The notes under the pieces were generated by a model that worked only from the letters and a program-made list of their open reading frames with translations, made no database searches and was not told the DNA's origin. A stretch of 64,000 bases of DNA. It comes from Octopus sinensis. Taxonomy: Eukaryota. Shown piece after piece: positions 1 through 12,279 of the stretch. The DNA lies in assembly GCF_006345805.1 (NCBI RefSeq), contig NC_043012.1, positions 38,998,001-39,062,000 on the forward strand, given 5' to 3'. Every line of letters begins with the position of its first letter. Positions within the stretch are counted from its first letter, which is position 1. Both the position numbers and the translations under genes were made by a program.

Positions 1-534
1 ATGTATATGTGTTTGTATGTGTGTGACATTTGTGAGCGTTTGGTGCGTGTATGTAAGAATGCCATTGTGTATACGTGTGTGAGTCCTTGTGAGTATGTAT
101 ATATGTCGTTTATTTTTCAGTGCGTTAATGTGTGTGTATGCGTATATGTATGTGTGTGTATGTGTGAGTAACATTATGTTATGGGTGTGCGTGTATGCAT
201 GTATTTGAGACCGTGAGTGAGGGATCCTATGGTAGGGGTTTGTGTGTGATTCCAGGACAGTCTTTTACTTTTAATGTCCCTTGTTCTTTTAATTCCCTAC
301 TCTCTCTCTCTCCCCCTCTCTTCCTCCCCTTTTCCCTCTTTCCCTCTCACTATATTGCTTTCGCTACATCCCCTCCTATATCACGTGTGTGTGTGTTGGT
401 ATGAAAGCGTTGGGGGAAACAATTTTAAAGTTGTATTTATGATCACATTAACAGGATTAGCTTCGATGGACGACATCACGCGATTGACACCATTACACTG
501 GCTAATGAACCCACCACAAAACACCACCACCTCC

Positions 535-960
535 ACTACCGACACCGCCAATACCACCACCTCCACCACCACCACCACCACCACAACCACCACCACAACC
601 ACCACCACCACCATCACCACCACATCAGCAACACTAAAGCTTCACAACGATCACCACAGTCGTCTTCACCATCACAACCACCATTATTAGCACCAGCACA
701 GCCATTACCACCACCACCACCACCACCACCACTGCTGCCGCCGCCACCACCTATGCCGCTATCATCGCCAATTCTCCTCCCACACACATCAGCATCAACA
801 CTACCATGACCACCACCACCAAAAACAGTCACCACTATCACCACCAGGAACCATCGAGCCTACAACCGCCACTACCACCACAACTGCCACATCGATATTT
901 GTAATACTACCACGATAGCTGTAACACAAACAACACCAGCGCCATCACTGTAGCCACCGT
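535..960. repeat. (ACC/CAC)-rich low-complexity trinucleotide tract
   Basis: Degenerate ACCACC runs; they explain the poly-Thr/His/Val ORFs at 274-690, 381-623 and 614-844. Confidence 0.9.
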
Positions 961-2009
961 CCTAACCCCCCACGACGTCCAAACCAGCCACTAGAGGGCC
1001 TCACCATCGTTAATCGTCACTAATAACAGGGATGTTCCTTTTGTATCATTGTTTGCATCGGCAATGAATTCGTTGGTCGTCGTTTTTGTTGCAGAGACAA
1101 CAGCGTTGGTGGCAATGGGGAGCGGAATAAATGGCGGCAGGTCAGAAGGGTGCGTGTGCGCGTGTGCGTGGGTGTGTGTGTGAATGTTTGTGTATGTATA
1201 TGTATAACAGAGTGCTTGAACATATGACTGAATGGGAAAATGAGTGGTTATATGTGTATGTATGCATATATATATATATGTGTGTGTGCGTGTACGTATG
1301 TATGTATGTATTTATATATGTATATATATCTGTATATATTTATATATGTATGGATGCGTGTATGTGAATGAGTGTGTCAGTGAACACAAGACTACGTGTG
1401 TTCGTGTGTACATGAGTGTATAAGTGTGTCTACGCACCGGTGTGTATAAATGCGTGCGTGTCTCTTGGTGTGTGTATAAGTGATTTCTGTTTCTTTTTTA
1501 TTATTACGTAAATGTGTGGGTGTATGTAACACGTGACAGAAACCCTTTTACTTTTAACTGTCCCCTCTTCGATTCCCGCGTCTCTCTTCCTTTCATAATT
1601 ATTTCAATATCTCATAATCTTTATATATCGTTGTTCTTTAACCCCAGGTCAAACCCTATCGAGCATCATAGATCAAAGGCACACTAACTTTTTTTTTCAT
1701 TCAGTAATATTGTCTCTGATGCTACATTATAATCTGTTCTTCTGTTAAGATACAATTCAAAGGAGATTCAAGAGTCCACCACTCTTTTTGCAGCTTTGTC
1801 AACTCTTTAGATGTTTCATAATTCTTTAAGTCCTGGCACTTCATTTGTTTAATCTTCACAGGAATTTGGTGGATGGTCCACAATTTCTAATCAACCAAGA
1901 ATCTCTGGAGGAGATGATAAATGCTAACGATATTTTATTGGTTCTGATAGCGTCAGCAAAAAAGCAAACATCTTCTAGTATCTTACAAGTCTTCGCAGTA
2001 GGATAGGCC

Positions 2010-2075
2010 CTTCTAAAGACCTTGTTACGGACTTTTAAAGACCTTGTTACGGACTTCTAAAGACCTTGTTACGGA
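2010..2075. repeat. 22-bp minisatellite x3 (CTTCTAAAGACCTTGTTACGGA)
   Basis: Units at 2010-2031, 2032-2053 and 2054-2075, with one substitution in unit 2. Confidence 0.9.
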
Positions 2076-2823
2076 CTAGTGTCAAGCATGGCAACAGTTT
2101 AAAGTGTGGCATTTCAGTATAGGAATGTGCCTTCGATTGGTTTCTACACCTTTTCCGTCAAGTTATTTTTTTCTCTCTTTCACATTTAGTCCTAAGAAGC
2201 ACTTTAAAACTGAATCATCTGTCCCTTCTTCTTGTCACCCACAAGGGCGAAGTGCTTACACCGTTTAATTGGCAGGCGTTTCCTATAATTACATTCTGTA
2301 CACTAAATTCGAAGGACAATTTTCATGGTGATCTTGGCCTTTTTGTGAAAGATAGGTTTGGCTTGATCACTTAACCTCTTTGCTTTCTATCATAACGTTT
2401 CTTGCCTTGGGCATATAACGAGGCTTTACCAGCTTTGTACTGTGAAATCTCGTGAAGAGTGTTACCCGTATTTTTTACCTTTGTAGTAGATCCGCCGGGT
2501 TTTGGGTAGGTTCACCATTTACAACGCTTAGCGGAAGAGTATTTTCGGTCAATTTAGTTGAACTCAAAATCGGGGGTATGTGACAGAAGACACTTTCAAC
2601 GTGTTCTAGGTAATAAAAACTGAAATCGAGACCCAGGAGTAGGGAAACGAACTGCAATGTTAAGACAGCTCCCATTAGAGAAATACCTCAATGATAAATG
2701 CTTATGAAACATTGGTTGCGTCTTTAAACTTTCGATCTAAAATGTTTGCGATAGCTTCATGGGAGCCTTAAAACTCCTGTAAGATTCCATGCAAGAAGCT
2801 GTCGTGGTCAAGATTATTATATA

Positions 2824-3098
2824 ACGCAGCGAACTGGCACTAACGTTGACACGCCGAGTGAAATGCTTAGCGGTATCTCGTCTGCGGTTACGTTCTGAAT
2901 TCAAATTCCGCCGAGGTCGACTTTGCCTTTCATCCTTTCGGAGTCGACTGAATAAGCAGCAGTTACGCACTGGGGTCGATATAATCGACTTAATCCCTTT
3001 GTCTGCCCATGTTTGTCCCCTCTATGTTTAGCCCCTTGTGGGTAGTAAAGAAATAAGTATTTCGTCTGTCTTTACGTTCTGAGTTCAAATTCCGCCAA
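2824..3098 (+). mobile_element. tRNA-derived SINE family A (dimeric form, head repeated at the 3' end)
   Basis: A-box-like TGGCACTAACGTTG and B-box-like GTTCTGAATTCAAATTCC; central GTCGACTTTGCCTTTCATCCTTTCGG domain; head segment repeated at about 3055-3098. At least six related copies in the window. Confidence 0.85.
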
Positions 3099-4239
3099 CG
3101 GATTTCATGGCACAACGTTGTTTTGGACCATGGAAGTTCTCTACAGTCCACGAGGATACTTGTTCCTTAGTGTGCCATGCTCCACCTTGATACCTGTCGG
3201 CTGTGAAAGGGAAATGATATGATCATCGAAAGGATTATGAATCCCTACGCAGAATTAGGAGAGAGAATACACAGACCCGGAAAGCACGTTACAACACATT
3301 TCGTTCGGCTCAACAGTTGCACCAATTTACCGTTCCAGTGTATGACTTCACGTTTTGAACCCTAACAGAGCTGAAATATATATCACAAAACATTCTCTCC
3401 GTCGGTCTGTCCACTGTTTATAAAAGTCAAGAATTCCCTATGGAATGTTCACAGTGGAATATTCGGCCATTCATCCAAATTAAAATTCTTGTTTCAGTCA
3501 TTTTCCATGAAAACGTCGAAGTAAGGCCAGCTGACACTGAACCTTCTTACTTTACTTTGACATAGTGTAGCTTGCACTACAATCATATTGATGTGTCCCT
3601 CAATTGTACGAGTGAGATGTTGTATTCGGTGGCCATGACTCAGGAGTCTTTCCCACATCGACATACGTAATTCCCAAACGCAATTCGATTTTGCTGTCGT
3701 AGTTTAGTTGCAGGAGTGGTTATTCTGTGCAAGTGTACTAAAAAAATGTCCCAGGCGTGATCATCTGTCATTCTTGTGTATTAGGTTCCATATTGCGCAA
3801 TGAATGCTTCTTTATTTCAGGGAGTAGTGTGCGATTTGAGGGAATATCGGTTGTCATACCCTGCAAGTCTACCGATCACACAGAGATGTCGTTCTCAGCT
3901 CATAATTCACTGTCATAACTGCAGTCGTTTGTGAAATCAACATTCCATCGGCTTTAAATTTCTATTATTTATTACCTCTATAAACAGTTCTCCTTCTTGG
4001 TTTATACTAGCTGTTAGATGAGATGAGCCGCCATTCACAATTGTCAAATCTACAGTTACATGAAAATGGCGACGACATTATAATTGCAGACGATTCATGA
4101 AGTAGCTGGGTCCTTATCAACAATTGACTCTGTCTTCAATACAATATCTTATATTCAACATTTATTATATTACATAATTGTTGTTTACCTACTTGACATC
4201 TCTTGATCGAAAACATGAATATGTGTGTATACGCACGTA

Positions 4240-4240
4240 C

Positions 4241-4271
<31 letters not shown>

Positions 4272-4360
4272 CATACATACATACATACGTACATACATAC
4301 ATGCATACATACATACATACATACATACATACATACATACATACATACATACATACATAC
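4240..4360. repeat. (TACA)n microsatellite
   Basis: Direct inspection. Confidence 0.95.
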
Positions 4361-4977
4361 AGATGCGCATGTACATACACACAACACTTTTGTGTATTTA
4401 TGTATGGATATACAAACACGTAAATATAGTTTCTCCGTCATATTTATCTGACGATATTCTTGCAGCAGAAAAGTAAATAGATTATATCATTAGATATGGA
4501 ATGTATGAAAGAAAGAAAGAAAGAAAGAATTAAACGAAAGAGGATTGCTCATTTATGCTCTTTTGTGACAAAGATGGCCCATTCTGTTGAAGTATTTGTC
4601 ACAGACCGCCCAGTCATGTTCATTAAGATGAAGATAGTTAGGATGTGATTCCAGACACGCCTTCAAGCCAAAAATCCGTTAATCAGTGTTACCCTAGACT
4701 AACAGACAAAGCTCATGTGATTGCACTTCCAAAACGGCTCAAGAAACAAATAATGTGAGGTGTTTTTGAAACACTTCGGGCAGTCTATGGCACAGCTTAT
4801 ATGGGTGTTTCATCCAATCTCACCATCATGTCTACCAAACTATCTACCAACGTACCTAACTATTTACCCACGTATAAGCCTATCTTCGTACGTACGTACG
4901 TACCTACCTATCTAAATACATACAAAAATACATACATACAAAAACACATACACATACATACATACACATACATACAT

Positions 4978-5580
4978 GATGGCTGTCCACTCGTGACCGA
5001 GTAAGACCATTGCTAATCTTCAGGAACATTGTGCGCTCTAGGACTAACTTATATTTTGCATTTGCGGCTCCGTTGTTGGCTAATGATCCCTGCTCTTGAC
5101 AAGCATACGCGACTGCAAACATTGCAGACCAAGATTTTCCCATTCACTCAACCAGCCGTGCGCTTTTGAGCAGCATGCTTAAGTTCTTCATGCTGAATAT
5201 GTGCTCTCTCAAAAGTGTCAACCCCCTCCTTAACCTGTTTGCTCTGTTTGTGGCGATGATAAGCATTGCTTTCCCAGTCGGCCTCCTGCATATCACAGGC
5301 CTTTAATGAGGACTTGACACAGACTTTAAATCGCAGCCTTGGTTTCTGCCGGGTTCTCTTTCCATTCACAAGTTCCCCATATAGCATCAGCTTAGGGATC
5401 CTGCTATCCTTCATTCTAATAATGGGTCCAGTCTAACGTAATCGGTATTTGTGCACCATCGCCTCAAAACTCAAGTTATCAGCTGTCCTCAGGGCCTGTG
5501 TGTCTGGAGTTTTTAAGGTGCAGCCAACATTTAGAATGTTTCTGAGACATCTCTGATGAAAGCGTTCAAGGACCCTTGCA
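4978..5580 (-). mobile_element. RTE-clade (BovB-like) LINE, 5'-truncated 3' fragment, degraded
   Basis: Minus-strand translation VLERFHQRCLRNIL...EAMVHKYRLR*TGPIIRMKDSRIPKLMLYGELVNGKRTRQKPRLRFKVCVKSSLK matches the RTE ORF C-terminus. TAG at 5433-5435 replaces the expected TGG. Ends in (ATGT)n. Confidence 0.85.
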
Positions 5581-5808
5581 TACATACACGCACACATACG
5601 TACATACATCCGATACATCACTGGAACTGTAAAAATCTGTAAAACCTTATCATTTAAATATATATGAGCATGTCTAGATAGGCCACTAGATGCATGAGAA
5701 TACATACTTAAAGCAAAACATACAAATCTGTACACATACATACATACATACATACATACATACATACATACATACATACATACATACATACATACATACA
5801 TACATACA

Positions 5809-5915
5809 ATAGTTCCCTGTTGTTGCTGGTAAAATTCCAATGAAGGAGCCTTGAATCCAGGTTAGAGACCGGCTCTTTGTCTATTGGCAAGAAATATTGA
5901 AATTAAACTGAAAAA
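5809..5915. mobile_element. Short interspersed repeat between two (CATA)n arrays, probably a retroposon 3' end
   Basis: About 105 bp of non-repetitive sequence with (CATA)n on both sides; family recognition is from memory only. Confidence 0.4.
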
Positions 5916-6339
5916 TGACATACCTACCTACATCCATACTTACATGCATGCATACGTACATACATACATACATACATACATACATACAAGATTACCCTGT
6001 TTGTGGCTAATTTTCAGTGAAACACCTCGTTCCTAGTCAGGAAATCCACTCTATCTCTCCGGTGAGAATTCGAGAAGAAAAAAAACTGGGAGACATTCAC
6101 ATAATGATGGCTAAAACTCTTATTCAAGAAAAATACCAAACTTTGCTAATGTTTTTTCATCCTTTGTTTCTGAAGATGACGATGACAACATTTACTTCAA
6201 AGAAATGGGGAAGATAGGAGAGCAGAGGACAGGGGAAATCATGACTCATCTTGCGTGTATATTAAATCGATCGTTAGACATAGACATACTCGAACACGCG
6301 CGCACACACATATCATTGAAAGAAATACTCTGCGGTAGT

Positions 6340-6440
6340 ATAGACTACAAGCAGATGCATTAGTTTAACGCTCGGGAAGTGAAACGTCTTCAACGTTTCG
6401 AGCCTACCCACTTCGACAGAAACAAACAGAGAAAGAAACA
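6340..6440 (-). mobile_element. Penelope-type terminal-repeat fragment with variant hammerhead-like motif (family H4)
   Basis: Homologous to 36128-36285 (-) and 11222-11350 (+); minus strand reads CTGTCGA-A-GTGG-GTAG-GCTC-GAAACGTT. Confidence 0.6.
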
Positions 6441-6510
6441 ACACACACATCCAGACAAACATATCATATATGAAATACATTTATAATATTTGATATATCA
6501 TATATAGCTC

Positions 6511-6640
6511 AGGAGTGCTGCGTGGTAAGAAGCTTGCTTTTCTAAACGCATGTTTCCGGGTTCAGTCCCACTGCGTGGCACGTTTGGCGAGCATCTTCTA
6601 CTATAGCATGGGGATGATCAAAGCCTTTGTGAGTGGAATG
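6511..6640 (+). mobile_element. tRNA-derived SINE family B (CORE-like), head only
   Basis: GTGGTAAGAAGCTTGC...CCGGGTTCAGTCCCACTGCGTGGCAC, shared with the full copies at 46731, 57985 and 60395. Confidence 0.8.
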
Positions 6641-6699
6641 TGAGTGACAGAGACAGAGAAACGGAGAGGCAAACAGACAGACACAGCCTTCCCGAGTTG

Positions 6700-6900
6700 T
6701 ATGTTCTTCGAAACTGTGCCTTATATATATTCTCTTCCTGGGTGGGATGCCCTTCTCGTGCAGGGTTACGCAGTTTTGCCAACTGACTATACTGGAGCAA
6801 CGGGAAACTCAGTGTTTTGCTCATGAGAACAACGCATGGCCTGGTCTGGGAATCGAAACTATAATCTTACTATCATGAGCACAACACACTTACCACAAAG
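6700..6900 (-). mobile_element. tRNA-derived SINE family D, degraded
   Basis: CTGGAGCAAC...TTTTGCTCA...CAACGC...GGAATCGAAAC motif shared with 19945-20105 and 36290-36603; B-box GTTTCGATTCC on the minus strand. Confidence 0.65.
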
Positions 6901-6929
6901 ATACAAACCTCTATAATGCATACACACAT

Positions 6930-6966
6930 ACACACACACGCACACACATACATATATATATGTATG

Positions 6967-7017
<51 letters not shown>

Positions 7018-7102
7018 GTATATACACACACACACCACACACACACGTACAGACAGTCAGAGAGACAGACAGACATACAGACAGACAGACAGACAGACAG
7101 AC

Positions 7103-7174
<72 letters not shown>

Positions 7175-7260
7175 TGAAATGAAGAGAGAGAGAGTAAGGG
7201 AGAAAGAAAGGAAGAGAGGGAGAAGGAGAAAGAGAAAGGAAGAGAGAGAGAGAGGGAGAG
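6930..7260. repeat. Compound microsatellite (CA)/(TA)/(CAGA)/(TAGA)/(GA)
   Basis: Direct inspection. Confidence 0.95.
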
Positions 7261-7945
7261 ACCATACGCAGTCTGCCCGGAAACCATTTACTATTGATTA
7301 CAGAGAAACTAATAGGAGTGTAGGAAGTCTAGAAGTCAAGAGAAATCAGCCTCTCTTCCATTCTGTAGTTTATTTTTTATGGATCGTAATATAGATATAA
7401 TATTACAACAAACTAAATATGTCTTTTTTTCTGATGAAGACGTAATCGCCAACTATTTATTTGCTATTATGTATGAGTGTATGTGTGTATATAGGAGTGT
7501 GTGAGAGAGAGTTTTGGGAGAATGAGCATGCGAGGGTGCGGGAAGAATAATAACATACCAGTAAATATATGTCTTTAAGTGCATATAAATGTTGAGTTAG
7601 AGCCAAGAAAATATTCAAAACTCTGTGTTTACTAAGTACTGATTTGATGCCAATTTTAAGGTGTGCACTTTCTGGGTGCCAGATATAGACGCAGTACTTA
7701 TACGCGAGCGGCAAGGTTACTCATCTGTGAAGGAAGTCATCGGTGCAACTAATTAGAGACGGAAATAATTAAACAAAGCATTAATTAACAGCTCATGCGT
7801 TTTAGCAAATTTGCAAGTCTCCAACATTTCGTTCCGTCACAAAATTTAATATAAAGTAAGTCTTACATAAACACCAGTTTTACTTTTTTGTATTCTACAC
7901 ATATGATATTAAAATCATTTGGTTTCGCATCTAAATAAGTGAATA

Positions 7946-8144
7946 CGAGGGGCTGATGAAGAAGTTCTTGAATTTGGGTAAAAGAAATACGGGAGTGTCA
8001 GTTGATTATGATATTATTTAGCATATTCCTCTCTCAGATCCACACACATTGCAGCGGTCCTTTAATTTATCTAAGGCCTGTAAAATGCTTCCAGCCAGGC
8101 TTTTAGCGGTACCCTAGAACCAGAAAATTCTCAGTACACCCTCG
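7946..8144. mobile_element. Tc1/mariner-type MITE
   Basis: TA-CGAGGGGCTGATGAAGAAGTTC left end and GAAAATTCTCAGTACACCCTCG right end (imperfect TIRs); the interior is the reverse complement of the copy at 36702-36930. Confidence 0.7.
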
Positions 8145-9510
8145 AATAAGCACACTCACATAAATTATTATATTAAAAGTTGTTGACATGCTGAAGCGTC
8201 GATTTCTTTAAAGTTCATATTGGCCCCATTATTTATTTCAGTTTGGTACCAGTTTTTTTTTTCAAACAGCTTGATTTCGACACGTAAAATGTCAGGATAT
8301 ATACAAAAATTACCTTTAAACCGTTGTAAACATCAAAAGAGATGCTAATACCGACACACAGAATGATATAGACACAGGACAAATGCATACACACCCGATA
8401 ATAACAGCAGACATATTTCATGTAAGCATTCTCTTAATATGTAAAGAGGATGAGAGTGATTCTAAATAGATTTGGTTGCTATTTCTAACATCTCTATTAA
8501 CCATATGCAGCCTCTGTCGTTAACTGAATAGCAATCTGAAAACATGAGTAAAAACAAACATTGCCCACACATGATTTAAGATTGATATAATTGCTATTTC
8601 TAGCATCTCTGTTGCCCATCTGCAAGCTCTCATCGGCTGAACAGCAACTTGAAAACTTCAGGACAACCAAACATAGCCTGCAAATGCTGGAGTTATTGCA
8701 GATAGATTTAGTTGTTATTTCTTGCAGCTCTGTTGACCAGACACAGGGTCTCTGTTATTGGCTGAACTTAAAAACTCGAGTAATATCCAACATTGGCCAG
8801 AACTATAAAATTCCAGATCGAACTTGTTCATATTTTCTGCAGAAATTATAAACACAAGACACGTTTCTAATGCTAATATTTGAAGCTAGGCACATCGATG
8901 TGTGTGTTTTTCGCTCTCCTCTCCATTATATACAATATATACAAGCGAACTTGTTTAACATAACTCAATTTACAAGATGCTTCCATCTCCTGTTGCTGTC
9001 GCTTCTCTCCTTGTTGTTGTTGTCGATTTATTTCATCTCATCTTGTTTTGGGGGTCTATAAGAATAATAGTTGCTGTTATTGTTGTTCGGGTTTTAGATT
9101 TTGTTTATATTGTTGTGATTATTGCAGATCGTGTCACTGTGGCTGTTGTGGTTGTTCTTGCTATAATAATTGTTGTTGTTGTTGTTGTTAATGTTACTGC
9201 CGTTGAGTGTTTTACAAACGTTATCAATAGTTTCATATCTGTTCATAGAATCACGTTGAAGGAGATTTCCGAAAACGTCTGCCTTCCTTCTCAACACATT
9301 TCTTGAGAAACGCAAGAAATAAGGTGACGTATAAACACACACACACACACACACATACATGTACATACGCATGCAGACAAATATATGCGCATGTGTATAC
9401 GCGCGCGCGTTTGTGCTTATACATGAATGTACATAACGTATATACATACTGTATACATGTATATATGTGTGTCTGTATATATAATATATTTATGTGTGTT
9501 TATATATATA

Positions 9511-9600
9511 TACGACGGGGTTCTTTCAGTTTCCATCAACCAAATCCACTCACAAGGCTTTGTGCCCAATGTGCCACGCAGTAAGACTGAACCCGGCACC
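9511..9600 (-). mobile_element. SINE family B fragment with internal deletion
   Basis: Matches family B head/body but lacks the CORE-like segment. Confidence 0.75.
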
Positions 9601-9632
<32 letters not shown>

Positions 9633-10391
9633 TGTGTGTGTGTGTGTGTGTATGTGTGTTTGTGTGTGTTATCGGATCCTGGGGATTACATTGAAAAAAA
9701 GACTGTTTAAGAAAGCAAAACTGTCTTCTTCACTTTTCATATATTTTTTTGAAAGTTGAACCCATTATAAAAGGTCAGAATATTTCTTTCACACTTCTGA
9801 GACCTCATCAAGATTCATTTGAGCTAATACTCTGAGTTACTTCATACAAAATGTCACAGAACTGCAATGAAAGTTTTAATTTTTGTCGATCTTGTCAGTG
9901 CTTCAGTTTTATTAGATTCCCACATTAAATCATATGTTTCACAAGTGCTACCCGTCATTATATATATATATATATATATAATCCTTGGATGGAATGTATA
10001 AACATTTAATGCACCGCTACGCTCTTTTTCACAAATCACACGCCTCTAAAGATCACAGTCCGTGTTCCTAAGATGATTGAAATGCAGTCAGTATTATCCG
10101 TGAGCATCGGGCTGAAGATCATCATGGATTCACTTCTTCAGGCGATATAACATTAATGGATGTATGACAGAAGGATGTTTATCCCTTTTTTACTTGTATG
10201 GAGGTTAAGCGAGTTAAATTTTATCCAAGGATTATTGTTATCATTCTAATACAAATTCTAATACATATCGGTACGGCTTGATGCAACCCTGAAAAACTGG
10301 TTCAGCAGTCAGCATCGTTAGGCTGTGGTCGGAATAATGGAATAGGAGTTTTATTTGCATGTTCAAAACGTTTCCTCAACCATTTAAAAAG

Positions 10392-10474
<83 letters not shown>

Positions 10475-10638
10475 TGTGTGTGTGTGGTGTGTGTATCATG
10501 GGTTGAACAGAAAGAATACAAGGAGAAATTTAGATGAAAGCAGAGTAAACGGAAAAAAAACGGACGGGAAATTAGACAACGACAAGATGCACGGAACAGA
10601 ATATTTGCAGCTGAGTTTTCCTCTTCAGTCAAAGATAA

Positions 10639-10704
<66 letters not shown>

Positions 10705-10789
10705 GTGTGTGTGTGTGTGTATAGAAATTAAATATAAATTACAAAATGGGACAAGAACGCAAAAACACACAAAGAGACGACACAAAAAA

Positions 10790-10975
10790 ACAGATGGGTC
10801 ATTCGAAGCCTCTAATCTTCAGTCGGGAACCGGATCATCTTAGCAATTTCGTCTGATTAATCCTGATATCGCTCCGATACGGCGAGCCCCAAGGAAAAAC
10901 TAAGCTACGGGCATTAGATTTCTTGGAAAGAGGATCGAATGTATACGAAACAAGGACAGGATGCCACACGAATAA
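10790..10975. mobile_element. Interspersed repeat, same family as 55244-56168
   Basis: CATTCGAAGCC...TCTTCAGTC...AACCGGATCATC...AATTTCG.CTGATTAATC...AAAAACTAAGC shared with 55318-55500. Confidence 0.75.
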
Positions 10976-10976
10976 G

Positions 10977-11087
<111 letters not shown>

Positions 11088-11134
11088 TCTCCCGGTCATT
11101 TCATTATGTGAAACCGTTAATCCTGACACATTTT

Positions 11135-11202
<68 letters not shown>

Positions 11203-11221
11203 CCTATTTATTTCTTCTCAT

Positions 11222-11350
11222 CCCATTCTGTCGGAGAGCTGAAGGTCGAAACGTCAAAACCTTCTCCGTTCTTCCTTAGTGTCAAAATAATAATAAACTT
11301 GTTACTTGTTCCCTAACCTGTCTTTTTCTTCTGTTTTGTGTACAATTGAA
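11222..11350 (+). mobile_element. Penelope-type terminal-repeat fragment with variant hammerhead-like motif (family H4)
   Basis: CTGTCGG-A-GAGC-TGAA-GGTC-GAAACGTC at 11228-11255; homologous to the reverse complements of 6340-6440 and 36128-36285. Confidence 0.6.
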
Positions 11351-12247
11351 CCCTATTTGTGTGTGTGTATATATATGTATATGTGTGTATGTGTGTATAC
11401 ATATATATACATATATACATATATTTACACACACACACACACACACATATATATATTCATAGTTCTCTCTAGCCCCTTTATCCTCTTTTATTGAGTTCTT
11501 CACTTTTCATTCTTCTCCATCCTCATCTCTATGGCAGTCACGCTAATATGATTTCGATCCATCTCTCCCTTACACAAACAAACAAACAAACATAAACACG
11601 CCGTCTTCTGCTCATTCCTCTCTTTCTTATTCTCGTTCATCTCTTTCACTTATTTTAGTTTTTATATTTATTCCTTTTAGCAACCACCGTTTCACTCATT
11701 CCTTTCACTTTTCTCTTTTCCTCCTAAATCCGTTCATCCTCACTTCTCTCTCACACTTTCATTCTCTCTCTATCTCTCTCTCTCACTCTCTCGTTGCCTC
11801 ATTCTATTTTTTCTCTTTATCTCTCGCAATCTTCACCTATTTCTCTTATCATTCTCTCTTTAGTTTTCTCCCCCCCCTCTCTCTCTCTAGATCTCATCTT
11901 TACCTTTCACTCATCATCTCATATTTACCTCCTCGTGCGCTCTCCAACACTTCTATCTCTCTGTGCCGAATTCTCTTTCTCTCCCACCACTATTTCTTTC
12001 TCAATCTTTTTCTCACTCACACTCTCCCTCACTCTGTATCTCATTTTCATTCTTTGTTTCTCTCCACAACTCTCTCTCTCTCTCTCTCTCTCTCTGCTCT
12101 CTTATTCTGTACACTAATATCATTTTGCTGCACATCTTTAAAAGTGGGACAAAGAATCAATGAATTAAAAACCAAAACAATGTTTCTTGGTGACCTCAAC
12201 TCCAAAGTGACACACACACACACTCACTCACTCACTCACACACACAA

Positions 12248-12279
<32 letters not shown>

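Noticed and set aside
2010-2075. Short direct repeats as a CRISPR-like array
   Set aside because: The units are contiguous with no spacers and the context is eukaryotic.
2200-2680. Minus-strand SNLVYRM trace suggesting a Penelope ORF
   Set aside because: Only one short motif amid many stops; not supportable without a search.
7428-7455. CTGATGA followed by AGACGTAATCG
   Set aside because: No GAAA, stem III or stem I partner, so not a hammerhead as it stands.
7953-7965. CTGATGA motif
   Set aside because: It lies within a mariner MITE terminal repeat and has no ribozyme fold.
10605-10640. Minus-strand TTTGA-CTGAAGA-GGAAAACTC-AGCTG-CAAA hammerhead-like relic
   Set aside because: The GAAA segment is missing and there is a single copy; too degraded to call.
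12172-12208. KTMFLGDLNSKV, resembling the APE endonuclease GDFN motif
   Set aside because: Twelve codons between microsatellites; could be chance.
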